Source of the DNA: an uncultured delta proteobacterium
GTDB lineage: Bacteria > Myxococcota_A > Polyangia > Polyangiales > Polyangiaceae
Assembly (NCBI GenBank): GCA_963716725.1
Contig: CAVQUB010000002.1
Span: 128,001-192,000, forward strand
Direction of reading: 5' to 3'
Length of the DNA: 64,000 bases
Under the pieces are notes generated by a model. That model was not told the origin of the DNA. It ran no database searches and saw only the letters and a list, made by a program, of their open reading frames with translations. Below, one piece after another: positions 9,670 to 19,274 of this stretch. The position numbers and the translations under genes are program-made. How positions within the stretch are numbered: position 1 is the stretch's first letter; each line of letters begins with the position of its first letter.

Positions 9670-10500
9670 ATGGCACGAATGTTCGGGTTCATCGGAAACC
9701 GCGCCGACCTGGGCGCCCGAGTGCTCGAGCTGCACACGGCCGCGCTGAACGTGCGGTCGGAGGAGGGCCAGACTCTCGGCTGGGGCATCGGCTTCTATCA
9801 GGCCGGCGAGGTGCTGCTGCGCCGACGTCCCATCGACGATCGCCCGCTGATCGAGATCGCCGAGGCGACGCGCGGCCTCCGCACCGACGCGATGATCGGC
9901 CACGTGCGCCGGGCCACCGTCGGTGCCTTGCGCACCGAGAACACCCATCCGTTTCGCTACCGTTCCTGGCTCTTCGGCCAGACGGGCACTATCCAAGGCT
10001 TCGAGCGCTTGCGCGAACGGCTGCTCGAATCACTGCCGGAGTTTCTCAGGCGCAACGTGCGGGGCGACACTGACAGCGAGATTTTCTTTCATCTCTTCCT
10101 CTCGTTTCTCCACGACTCCGGCCACCTCAACGACGCCGATGTGGCCACTGAGCACGTCGTCGCCGCGCTGCGTTCGAGCGTCGCCCTGGTCGATCGGCTG
10201 TCCGCCGAAGAGGGCCACGGGCAGAATTCGGGCGACACGCTGGTGACCAACGGTGAGCAGATGGTGGCCTTGCACCGCAACGGCGGCATGGCCTATCGAG
10301 TGCTGCGCGGACGCTATGACATCGAGGAACTGCTCGGGGCGGAGAGCCGGATGAAGCTCAAAATCCCCGCCGTCGAGAGCACCCACTTCACGCTGATCGC
10401 GTCGGAACTCGCGGCCGTTCCAGCGGGCTGGACAGCGGTCGACGGTGCGAGCATCGTCACGCTCACGCGTACCGATGACCCACTGGTCGAAGCGATCTGA
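9670..10500 (+). CDS. Class II glutamine amidotransferase-like protein (YafJ/EgtC-like) lacking the N-terminal Cys
   Basis: GWGIGFY, GHVRRATVG, ENTHPF, GDTDSE motifs; N-terminus MARMFG instead of MCRxxG. Confidence 0.85.
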   Translation: MARMFGFIGNRADLGARVLELHTAALNVRSEEGQTLGWGIGFYQAGEVLLRRRPIDDRPLIEIAEATRGLRTDAMIGHVRRATVGALRTENTHPFRYRSWLFGQTGTIQGFERLRERLLESLPEFLRRNVRGDTDSEIFFHLFLSFLHDSGHLNDADVATEHVVAALRSSVALVDRLSAEEGHGQNSGDTLVTNGEQMVALHRNGGMAYRVLRGRYDIEELLGAESRMKLKIPAVESTHFTLIASELAAVPAGWTAVDGASIVTLTRTDDPLVEAI

Positions 10501-11146
10501 CCCCCGGCTCGACCGAGCCAGCGTGCTCGCCGCGAGCGCGCTGTTCGCCGTAGCGGGCTGCGCTTCCATGGGTGCGGGGGGCCTCGAGACCACCACCTCA
10601 CTCGACACGGCGCCGCGGCGCGCCCCCGGCGTCGCGGTCGATCCGGCGCCCGAGCTTCCGGCGGCAGCAGCGTCCGCGCACCCCGAACAGGGAGTGGTCG
10701 TGCTCCGTGCGCCGCAAGATCCCGAGGCCGCCCGGGACGTGGTGCGGGGGTTCTTCCGCGCTATCGGTCAGGGCTCCTTCGCCGAACTCGAGCCGCTGAT
10801 CGCCGAAGACGCCTGGCTCAGCGCCGGCGCCAGCGTGGGACGCCAAAAGGCCCGCCAGTACTGGCAAACCCGGCTCACGCGCCTGGACTACGGCGCCATC
10901 GCCGGCTCCCTGGTGTTCCGCGAAGGCGAGCTCGAGACCTACCGTGCCGCAGACCTCGCGGCGCTCAGGCCCCCGCGCTCCCTGGGCGTCGTTGCTCGAG
11001 GCGACGACGTCGTCGTGCGCGTGCCGATCGCCTCGCCAAGGTTCGGCAAGACTCGTCTCTTCGGCGACGAAATCGTGTTCCTGCTCCGGCCGAAGGGCAG
11101 CGGCTACTCGATCGTCGACATGGCCGAAGAGTTCATGCTGCCGTAG
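10475..11146 (+). CDS. Hypothetical lipoprotein
   Basis: Lipobox VAGC, GC3-biased codons; start uncertain. Confidence 0.6.
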   Translation: MTHWSKRSDPRLDRASVLAASALFAVAGCASMGAGGLETTTSLDTAPRRAPGVAVDPAPELPAAAASAHPEQGVVVLRAPQDPEAARDVVRGFFRAIGQGSFAELEPLIAEDAWLSAGASVGRQKARQYWQTRLTRLDYGAIAGSLVFREGELETYRAADLAALRPPRSLGVVARGDDVVVRVPIASPRFGKTRLFGDEIVFLLRPKGSGYSIVDMAEEFMLP

Positions 11147-11152
11147 AGCCCC

Positions 11153-12073
11153 TCAGTTCAGACGGCCTTGGGCGCCGAGGCGGGCGACGTCGAACACGCC
11201 GCGCTCCTTGGCTCGAGCCAGGGTCTGCAAAGCTGCGCGGTACCCGCGCAACACGAGGGAGCGCGCGGCGAAGCGATTCAAGTAACCGAAACGGCCGATG
11301 TCCGGCGCGATGTCGATGAAAGTGCAGCGCGGGTGCACGTGGGTGTAGAGATCGATCCCTCGCCGCTCCTTCTCGGTCAAGAGGATGTTGAGCGTCTGGT
11401 TCATGACCGAAAACGGGCCGCTCCGCGCCATGCTGCGCGACCTGCGCTCGCCCTCGGCGGGGCGGTAGATGTTCGAGACGATGACGATGTCGGCGCCGGC
11501 TTCGACAGCGACGTCGGCGGACAAGGTTCGCGCCACCTCGCCGTCCAGGTGATACCGACCATTGATCTCGTAGGGCCGAAACAAGCCCGGAACCGCGCAC
11601 GACGCCGCGACAGCGCGACTGATGGGCGTCTCGGCGTCGTAGCCCTTGCCGAAGAGCACTCGCTCTGCGCGATCCACGTCCACCGACGTGACGATCACCC
11701 GCTGCTCGACCTTGCGAAAGTCGTTGATGGGCAGGTGGCGCCGCAGATAGCGCTCGAGTTTGTCGAGGCTGAAGAGCCCGCTCGAGAGGTAGCCGGGATC
11801 GGCCAACTGTTTCAGAGACGGCAAACCAAAGAACGTGTCGAGGTGAAAGCGCGGCCCCTGGTGTCGGCGTTTCCACGGCAGCCGGTAGCCGTCGAGCAAC
11901 ACGTCGAGCGGGACCCCCTGCCCGTAGGTCGCCGCCACGATGGCGCCGGCGCTCGCGCCGACGAAGATCGTCGGCACAATCCCGAGCTCTTCGCAGGCTT
12001 TCAGAACACCCAAGTGCGCGATGCCGCGCGCTGCTCCCCCCGTCCCTACGAATGCCACGGTGGGCTTCTTCAT
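11153..12073 (-). CDS. Patatin-like phospholipase
   Basis: GGAARG oxyanion loop, GASAG nucleophile, ASCAVPG, LDGE. Confidence 0.88.
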   Translation of the reverse strand: MKKPTVAFVGTGGAARGIAHLGVLKACEELGIVPTIFVGASAGAIVAATYGQGVPLDVLLDGYRLPWKRRHQGPRFHLDTFFGLPSLKQLADPGYLSSGLFSLDKLERYLRRHLPINDFRKVEQRVIVTSVDVDRAERVLFGKGYDAETPISRAVAASCAVPGLFRPYEINGRYHLDGEVARTLSADVAVEAGADIVIVSNIYRPAEGERRSRSMARSGPFSVMNQTLNILLTEKERRGIDLYTHVHPRCTFIDIAPDIGRFGYLNRFAARSLVLRGYRAALQTLARAKERGVFDVARLGAQGRLN

Positions 12074-12185
12074 GCTGCGACCTCTTCCGACTCCAGAGCG
12101 CGTGAGGGTACGGACCTTCACATAATCTGACGGACGGACGGCCCTCGCACCAACTTCTGCGCCAACGCGTCGCGTTAACTGGCGA

Positions 12186-12668
12186 CTACATGCCCGAAAT
12201 GATCTTGTAAGACTCCCCTACCGGCACCAGCTCGAGACGATTGTCCGCGACCACGTGGCGCCACACGTCACCGGCGTCGGTGGGGATCTTGTAGCTCGCG
12301 CTGTAGGTGTAATCGACGGCCACCGACGTGTTGCGACCCTTGCCGACTCGCCGATACCGGATTTCGTAGCGAATGCCCTTGGTCCGAGCGAAGTGGTCTT
12401 CGAGGTATGCGCGCAACCCAGCGTGGTCCAGATCATCGGCAGCGTCGGTGTTTCCGCCGTCTTCGTAGTAGCTGGTGTCGGCGAGTTGCAGCAGCCTTCC
12501 GACCTTCTTCTGCTCGACGGCGCGCCGGTATTCTTCGCAGAAGTCGATGACCTTGCGGTTGTCGGTGGTGTCCTCGACGTCGGTGTTCGGAATGGAGTGA
12601 CCGCCGCACCCCGCCAGGGTCAGAGCGAGTAGCAAGCCAGGCCAGCGCAGGGGAACCAGGGAGGGCAT
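12186..12668 (-). CDS. Hypothetical lipoprotein (possible NTF2-like fold)
   Basis: Lipobox LAGC; IPNTDVEDT...YYEDGG pattern. Confidence 0.65.
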   Translation of the reverse strand: MPSLVPLRWPGLLLALTLAGCGGHSIPNTDVEDTTDNRKVIDFCEEYRRAVEQKKVGRLLQLADTSYYEDGGNTDAADDLDHAGLRAYLEDHFARTKGIRYEIRYRRVGKGRNTSVAVDYTYSASYKIPTDAGDVWRHVVADNRLELVPVGESYKIISGM

Positions 12669-12769
12669 CGAGGGAGTATCCGGTGTCAACGCGCCGCGAG
12701 GGCGCTCGCATTCCGGGCCGGCACACTGCCAAACGCCACCGCATCCGGCAAGGCCTTCCGAGAACTCCC

Positions 12770-14621
12770 CTAGGCGAGAGCCGCCGCCCGAGCGAGGGCC
12801 GCGCGAAAGGAGGGCCAGCCTGGCGCCTCTCCTCCGAGCGCCCCACGCCCCTCACGGGCAGCGAAGAGCGCGGCAGCCAGGCGCTGCCGCGAGATGGCCT
12901 CTGCCCCGTCAACCCCCAGGACCGCCGCGATGGCGCCCTGGGCGGGCAAGGGCCACTCGGCGGCCTGCCAGAGGGCGCCGACAGCGTCTCCGATGAGCTC
13001 CGCGGCGACGACCAACGCAAAGTCCACCCGGCCGGCGCTGATCCAATCGTGCGCCACGAGCAACGCCTCGATGGCGGCGGCCGGACTGGCGCCGACGCTG
13101 AAGGACGGGCCGTGCAGACCCAGAGCTATTGTGCACTCGCCGGCGCAGAGATTGGGTGACGTCGCAGGAAAACGCCGCGGCTCTGGACCGCGGCGCCGTC
13201 GGCGCCTCTCGAAATCGGCATCGATCTCCAGGGTCGCGGCGGCCGTTCCCACGATCACCGCCGTGCGATCACTGAGCGAGAGCCCGGCGCTTGCGTCGAG
13301 CACCGCGGCGACCGTGAGCGCCGAGAGCCCATCCATGCGGTCGAGCTTGATCGCATCGGTCAACACTCGTCCCTCGAGCTGCCTGGGATCACTTCGAAGC
13401 ACGGGCGTCCCGATCCGGAGCAACCTCACGAGTCTCGGAGCTACTTCGGGCTTGGGATCGTGCGTTGCGCTCAGTACCAGCGCTGCGTTCGCACCGCCGA
13501 ACGCGCTCGACAGCTTGAGGCAGACGCGAGCTTCGGTCGCCTCGGCCCGTTCGAGGATTCGCGCGTGAAGCGCCGGCTCGACCGGGCCGTCACCGGTCGT
13601 GGCCGGCGCCACGCCTTGGCGGCACGCCGCCAAGGCAAACAAGGACTCGATGGCCCCGGCAGCGCCGAGCGTGTGTCCGATGGCGCCCTTCAAGGCGTGA
13701 ACCACGACGTCGGCTGAGTTCGAACCGAAGACCTCGCGGAGGGCGTGAGCTTCTGCCGCATCGTTGTAGGGCGTTCCCGTTCCGTGAGCGCTGACGGAGC
13801 GCACGTCGCAGGCCTCGACGCCGGCGTCTTCGAGAGCACCGCGCGCCGCCCGGGCGAGTCCGGCGCCGGATCGAATCCGGCGCCGTGACGTGAAGGGCAT
13901 CACTGGTGGCGCCGAAGCCAAGCACCGCCCCGAACGGGGCCTCGGAACCGCGACAGAGCGCGAGCAGCGCGGCCCCTTCGCCCAGCGCGAGCCCGTCGCG
14001 GCTCACCCGGAATGGAGCCGGCGCTTCGCTGGTCGCGCCCAGGCACTCGAAGCCCGACGCGATGAACGGCGACACCGCGTCGTAACCTCCGGCAATGACC
14101 AGATCGGCGGCACCGATGGACAGCCAGGTCAGGGCCTGGCCGATGGCGAAGGTCGACGATGCACAGGCCGCGAGCAGCTGCGTGCAGAGTTCGGCGCTGG
14201 CGCCGAGGCGCGACAGCAGCGCGTCGATGGGGCCGAAGTAGGGGCAGCGTCGCGCGAGTTCGAGGTCAATGGGCCGCCCCGTATCAAGGCGCGCCAGGGC
14301 GTCCTCGAAGCTGCGCATGCCGCCACCGGACGTGCCCAACGCCACGGCCAGCCGGCGCGAGCGGAAGTCCGGCATCCGCAGCTCCAGCTCGCGGACGAGC
14401 TCTTCGCTGGCGCTGGCGAGGAGCGCGGCAGCTCGGTCGGCGCCGGGCACAACGACGACCTCGGCTCGCGCGGCGAAAGGCTTGCGCAGGCCGGCGGCCT
14501 CGAGCTCGGCGTCGCGGCGCACCCGGCTCGCCGCGAGGGCTCCGATCCGGCCAGGGTGCACCGCGGCCTCCCCCAATCCGAGGGCCGAGACTGCGCCGTA
14601 GGCTACGACCACGGCGCTCAT
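12770..14621 (-). pseudogene. Beta-ketoacyl-ACP synthase fused to a CLF-like domain, split by a +1 frameshift near 13874-13875 (real lesion or sequencing error)
   Basis: ORF 13590-14684 carries AACASS and HVTAPD; ORF 12770-13921 continues with SAHGTGT, GHTLGA, SAFGG; deleting one base restores HVTAPDRSGAGL and a 616-aa ORF; ATGA overlap with upstream KS. Confidence 0.85.
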
Positions 14622-16780
14622 GGCTTCGTCGCTTGCACTTCGATCGCAAACGCATACGTGTGACCCCGGCCGGTGGAGACCCACAGCGCTTGCTCAGCTT
14701 CGCCGGCCAGGAGCGACGCCACCGCCCGGACGAAACCGAAGCCGCCGCGCGCCTCCGGCGGAACCCCGGCAAAGCTCGGCGCTTCGAGGGGAACGTCCCG
14801 CCACGAAGAAGCGGCGACGAAGGTCTGGGAACCGGGCATGCAGAATGCCCGCGCGCGTTCCGGCCGCGGTGCGGGCAAATCCTCGGGCCGAGCCGCGTCG
14901 CTCCAGAACGACACCACCGGATCTCCGGCCGCTCCTCCGCGCGTCAACAGCGCAAACGACGCCCCCTCGCCGCGAGGTTCGGTCGCATCGGCGCCAGCCA
15001 AGTGCAGGGGCGCGAGCACGCGCTCCGCAACGCGATCGTGAGGCTCGGCAGAGCCTGCGATGATCGCGTCGGCCTGTTCGTCTTCGAGCAAAGCGAGCGC
15101 GATGCACAGCGCAGACTCGGCGGAGGTCGCGAGATCCGCATTTGACATCACCGGACCATGCAGCCCAAGGTAAATGCTCGCGTTGAACGCCGGCGCCGAG
15201 GGCACCAGATGCGGAAAATCCGCGGGGCTCGCGAAGCGCGGACCACGTTCGAAGACCCGGCGTTGGAAGTCGACCGTACGCTCGATGTTGCCGAAGGCCG
15301 ACCCGGCGACGAGCCCCACCGCCGACAGCGCCCCATGCAGCCCGCCGGCGACAGCGGCCGCGCCCAGCGTGACCAGCGACGACGCGCGGTCAAAGCGCCG
15401 GGACCGTGTCGCGTCGAGTCGTTCGACCAACGGCTCTCGCTCGGTCGACGAACTCGAGCGCGACGGCCGCGTCGCGATCTCGGCGTCCTGCGCCAGCGCT
15501 CCACCCACCAGGGTGACGACCGACGAGACGCGCAGCGTGCTGCCTCGCCGAGTGCGGTCGGGTCGTGGACGGTCGCTGGAAGAAAGCAGCAGAACGGTGC
15601 CCGCGCCCCCGAACCCGAAGGAGGTCGAGAGCGCCGTGCGCAGCCGAGCGGGCTGGGCCCGGCCGATCACGTGGCGGAACCCCAGGGCCGGATCGGGCGT
15701 CTCGAGCCCACCGGTGGGCGGCATCAGGCCCTCGGCGACCGCGAGCACCGTGAGCGCTGCTTCGATGGCGCCCGACGCCCCCAGCGTGTGCCCGATCTGT
15801 CCCTTGGACGACGACACGTGAATTCGTCCAAGTTCGTCCCCCAGCGCACTGGCCAGCGCCCGAGCTTCGGCGGCATCGTTTTGCAGCGTCGCCGTTCCGT
15901 GCGCGTTCACGTAGTCGAGCTCCGACACCGCGACGCCCGCCCGGGACAGCGCTCGCTCGATCAGCCGCGCGGCGCCGACACCATTCGGCTCGGGATGGGT
16001 GATGTGGTGAGCCTCGGCTCCGACCGCCCAACCGTCGAGCCACGCCAAGATCGTCGCGCCGCGGTCCCCGGCGCTCGCCGCAGACTCGAGCAGCAAGAAG
16101 GCCGCACCCTCACCGAGAGTGAGCCCGCTGCGCGCCACGTCGAAGGGGCGGCATGCCATCGGCGAAAGCACGCCCAGGGCATCGAAGCCGGTGAAGGTCA
16201 ACCGACAGAGCGCATCGGCCCCGCCGACCAACGCGCGCGAGGCGCGACCGTGTTCGATCCAGCCCGCGCCCAGCAAGATGGCGTTCGCGCCACTCGAGCA
16301 TGCGCTGCACACGGACGCCGATCGTCCCCGAGTCCGGAGCTCTGTCGCCAAGCGCTCGAGGGGGGTCGACAGAGGATAGGACAGGAGGCGCCGCGCGGCC
16401 TGCTCGGGGGCGAGCCCCGAGTCCCCGAGAAAGACGCCCTCGGCCTCGAGCATGCCCCCGGTGGTGCCGCCCACCGCCAACGCGAGGTCCGAGCCCGGAT
16501 CCCGAAGGCCGGCATGGGCGAGTGCGGATTGGGCCGCCAGCACCACCATCACGTCGGTCCGCGACCAGGCGTCGACCCCAGCCGCCGGCACCAAGCCTGG
16601 GTCCATCGGCTTCACCTCCGCTGCCAGTCCAGAACGCTGGCCGCTGACGTCGAAGAGCGTCACCGGCCCAATCCCAGTCTCTCCCGCGCAGAGGCGGGAC
16701 CAGGTCTCCATCGCGCTACCGCCCAACGCCGACACGATGCCCACGCCGGTGACCGCGACGCGTTGTCTGCGAGCCGTCAT
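14618..16780 (-). CDS. Beta-ketoacyl-ACP synthase (FabF-like) fused to a C-terminal catalytically dead KS-N/CLF-like domain
   Basis: Cys-His-His triad (SACSSG, NAHGTAT, GHTLGA), SFGFGG; extra ~300 aa with RRFDRAS, GSAFG, FPHLVPSAPA, GLHGP and no catalytic Cys. Confidence 0.9.
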   Translation of the reverse strand: MTARRQRVAVTGVGIVSALGGSAMETWSRLCAGETGIGPVTLFDVSGQRSGLAAEVKPMDPGLVPAAGVDAWSRTDVMVVLAAQSALAHAGLRDPGSDLALAVGGTTGGMLEAEGVFLGDSGLAPEQAARRLLSYPLSTPLERLATELRTRGRSASVCSACSSGANAILLGAGWIEHGRASRALVGGADALCRLTFTGFDALGVLSPMACRPFDVARSGLTLGEGAAFLLLESAASAGDRGATILAWLDGWAVGAEAHHITHPEPNGVGAARLIERALSRAGVAVSELDYVNAHGTATLQNDAAEARALASALGDELGRIHVSSSKGQIGHTLGASGAIEAALTVLAVAEGLMPPTGGLETPDPALGFRHVIGRAQPARLRTALSTSFGFGGAGTVLLLSSSDRPRPDRTRRGSTLRVSSVVTLVGGALAQDAEIATRPSRSSSSTEREPLVERLDATRSRRFDRASSLVTLGAAAVAGGLHGALSAVGLVAGSAFGNIERTVDFQRRVFERGPRFASPADFPHLVPSAPAFNASIYLGLHGPVMSNADLATSAESALCIALALLEDEQADAIIAGSAEPHDRVAERVLAPLHLAGADATEPRGEGASFALLTRGGAAGDPVVSFWSDAARPEDLPAPRPERARAFCMPGSQTFVAASSWRDVPLEAPSFAGVPPEARGGFGFVRAVASLLAGEAEQALWVSTGRGHTYAFAIEVQATKP

Positions 16781-16783
16781 CTC

Positions 16784-17071
16784 TCAGCTCTGCCGCAGGC
16801 GCTCGATTTCCAACGCCAGGGCCGCCACCGAAGCGAAGACCGGTCGCGCCGCTTCCCCTTCCGGCAGTCGAACACCAAAGCGCTCTTCGATGGCGAGCGC
16901 CAGTTGCAGCGCGTCGAGCGAGTCCAGTCCGAGGCCGGCGCCGAAGAGCGGCGAGTCGTCGCCGATTTCGTCTGCCTTCTGGCCTCGCAGGTCGAGCTCC
17001 TGGACGAGGATGTCTTTGATGGCCCGCTTGAGTTCGTCGTGGTCCACAGGTCGCCTGAGAAGCTGGAGCAT
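16784..17071 (-). CDS. Acyl carrier protein
   Basis: LFGAGLGLDSLDALQLALAIEERFGV phosphopantetheine motif; alternative GTG start 17047. Confidence 0.92.
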   Translation of the reverse strand: MLQLLRRPVDHDELKRAIKDILVQELDLRGQKADEIGDDSPLFGAGLGLDSLDALQLALAIEERFGVRLPEGEAARPVFASVAALALEIERLRQS

Positions 17072-17164
17072 AGCGCGAACCGAGGGGAACTGAAGCGTCC
17101 CCTTTCGATCCGCGCTAGGGTCCGTTCACCCGAGGCTGCGGGGCTCGGAGGAGAAGGACCCGTC

Positions 17165-17953
17165 GTGAGCAACCTGGTCGGATACAAGACAGATCGCGGA
17201 GTCGCGCTCGTCACGCTCGACGATCCGCCGACCAACGCCACCACACACGAGTTGATGAAGGAGCTGGACGAGGCCATCATCGAAGCGCGTTTCGACCCCG
17301 ACGTGCACGCAATCGTGCTGACGGGCTCCGGCGACCGTCACTTCTGCAGCGGCGCAGATCTGGACTTGCTGCGAGAGTCGGACGCGACCTTCAAGTACTA
17401 CTTCGGCATGCACGTCGCCGAGACCCTGCGGCGCCTGGAAGAGACGCCGAAGTTGTGCGTCGCGGCCCTGAACGGCAGCGCGAGCAGCGGCGGCTTCGAC
17501 TTGGCCATGGCCTGCGACATCCGGATCGCGCGACAGGGTCCGTTTCGCCTCGGATCGCCGGAGGTCAAGCTGGGGTTGCTCCCGGCGGGGACGCAGCGGC
17601 TCACGCGCCTGGTCGGGACGGCGCGCGCCATGCAGATCATGATCGAAGGCGAAGAGTTCACTCTCGAGCAAGCGCTGGAGTGGGGACTGATCCACTATCT
17701 CTGGGAGACCGACTCGCTCGAGTCCTTTCAGGCCCGAGTCCGCGACTACGCCCACAAATTCACGCCGCCGCACAAGGCTTCGCTGGCCGTGGGACGCATC
17801 AAGCAGGCCGTTCACGCGGCCATCGATCTGCCGCTCGACCGCGGGCTCGCCATCGAACGCGCCTTGGCGGCGGAGCTCGCGACCACCGACGACGCCAAAG
17901 AGGGCCTCGCTGCCCACGCCGAGCGCCGCCAGGCGGTGTTCCGGGCGCGCTGA
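17165..17953 (+). CDS. Enoyl-CoA hydratase/isomerase family protein
   Basis: FCSGADL, GGFDLAMACDIR, PEVKLGLLP..GTQRL; AGGA SD before GTG. Confidence 0.88.
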   Translation: MSNLVGYKTDRGVALVTLDDPPTNATTHELMKELDEAIIEARFDPDVHAIVLTGSGDRHFCSGADLDLLRESDATFKYYFGMHVAETLRRLEETPKLCVAALNGSASSGGFDLAMACDIRIARQGPFRLGSPEVKLGLLPAGTQRLTRLVGTARAMQIMIEGEEFTLEQALEWGLIHYLWETDSLESFQARVRDYAHKFTPPHKASLAVGRIKQAVHAAIDLPLDRGLAIERALAAELATTDDAKEGLAAHAERRQAVFRAR

Positions 17954-17959
17954 AGCGAG

Positions 17960-18970
17960 TCAGATCCCCAGTTTCTTCTTCACCTGCGCGAGCACATCCG
18001 CGTCTCGGACTCGGTCGGCGTCCGCCCGATACGACAAGACCATGCGATGGCGCAGCGCCGGCAGCGTGAGCGCGACGATGTCATCGACATCCGCCGCCGC
18101 CTCGCCGCGCAGCGCCGCCCGGGCCTTGGCGGCCAGAACGAGCGCTTGGCTCCCCCGGGGGCCGGCGCCGAACCTCACGTAGGTGCGCACTGCCTCCGGC
18201 GCCTCGGGTCCATCGGGGCGCGTCGCGCGCGCGAGCCGGACCGCGAGCTCTACCGCTTCGTCGGTGACCGGGATGCGCGGCACCAGGGCGCCGAGCGTGC
18301 GGATCTCGTCGCCGCTCAGCACTGCTTCGATCTCGGGCATCGGCCCCGACGTCGTGCGGCGCGCGATCTCGCGCTCCTCCAGCTCGCTCGGATAGTCCAC
18401 GTGCACCTCGAGCAAGAAGCGGTCGAGCTGCGCCTCGGGCAGCGGGTAAGTCCCCTCCTGCTCGATGGGGTTCTGGGTCGCGAACACTTGAAAAGGATCC
18501 GGAAGCGCGTGGGTGGTGCCGCCCACGGTCACCTGCCGCTCTTGCATCGCTTGCAGCAGCGCCGCTTGGGTCTTGGGAGGAGTCCGGTTGATCTCGTCGG
18601 CGAGCACCAGGTGTTTGAAGATGGGACCCGGCATGAAGCGCACTTCGCGCCGCACCACGCCCCTGTCCTCGACTTCGTTCAGCACGTCCGTACCGGTGAT
18701 GTCCGCGGGCAGAAGATCCGGAGTGAACTGCACCCGGCCAAAGCTGAGACTCAGCGCCCGAGCGACGCTGGCGACCAACAGGGTCTTTGCCAGCCCCGGT
18801 ACGCCCACGAGCAAGGCGTGCCCCCTCGCCAGCAGCGTGATCAGCATGATCTCGACCACTTGCTCCTGGCCGACCACGACCCGCGCCACCTGTTCCTTCA
18901 GCCGCCCGCACGCGCGCGCGCAGCTCTCGAGGAGCTCGGCGTCGTCGTTGGAGTGCCGTTGGTCGGTCAC
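17960..18970 (-). CDS. moxR: MoxR family AAA+ ATPase
   Basis: [50 protein letters not shown]. Confidence 0.93.
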   Translation of the reverse strand: MTDQRHSNDDAELLESCARACGRLKEQVARVVVGQEQVVEIMLITLLARGHALLVGVPGLAKTLLVASVARALSLSFGRVQFTPDLLPADITGTDVLNEVEDRGVVRREVRFMPGPIFKHLVLADEINRTPPKTQAALLQAMQERQVTVGGTTHALPDPFQVFATQNPIEQEGTYPLPEAQLDRFLLEVHVDYPSELEEREIARRTTSGPMPEIEAVLSGDEIRTLGALVPRIPVTDEAVELAVRLARATRPDGPEAPEAVRTYVRFGAGPRGSQALVLAAKARAALRGEAAADVDDIVALTLPALRHRMVLSYRADADRVRDADVLAQVKKKLGI

Positions 18971-19079
18971 GGAGGCGCGGGATCATACTCGGATCCTGGG
19001 CCTGGCGGCGCGCAAAGCGGTGCGTTTCCGGCCTCGCAGAGGGTTGCCCCGGCGGCGTCCCGCGTGGTAGCCGAGGCGC

Positions 19080-19274
19080 GTGCAGACGGAGGCCACCGAC
19101 GCGGGCGCGACGCAAGCTCAGACGAGCCGCGTCATCATCGAGCGGCCCCCCGCGGGGTTGGCTCGAGGGCAGTACGCTTGGCCGGCCTGGGGCATCGGTG
19201 TGCTGGGCACGAGCGTGGTCATCCTGGGGCTGATCTACTTCGTCGTCTCCTCGAGGCGACGCCGCCGCCGATGA
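19080..19274 (+). CDS. Small single-pass membrane protein
   Basis: One hydrophobic segment then a basic tail; ATGA overlap with next gene. Confidence 0.55.
   Translation: MQTEATDAGATQAQTSRVIIERPPAGLARGQYAWPAWGIGVLGTSVVILGLIYFVVSSRRRRRR

Noticed and set aside
15158..17953. 931-aa ORF suggesting a large fusion
   Set aside because: Only 17165-17953 (enoyl-CoA hydratase) is real; the rest is antisense to the KS and ACP genes
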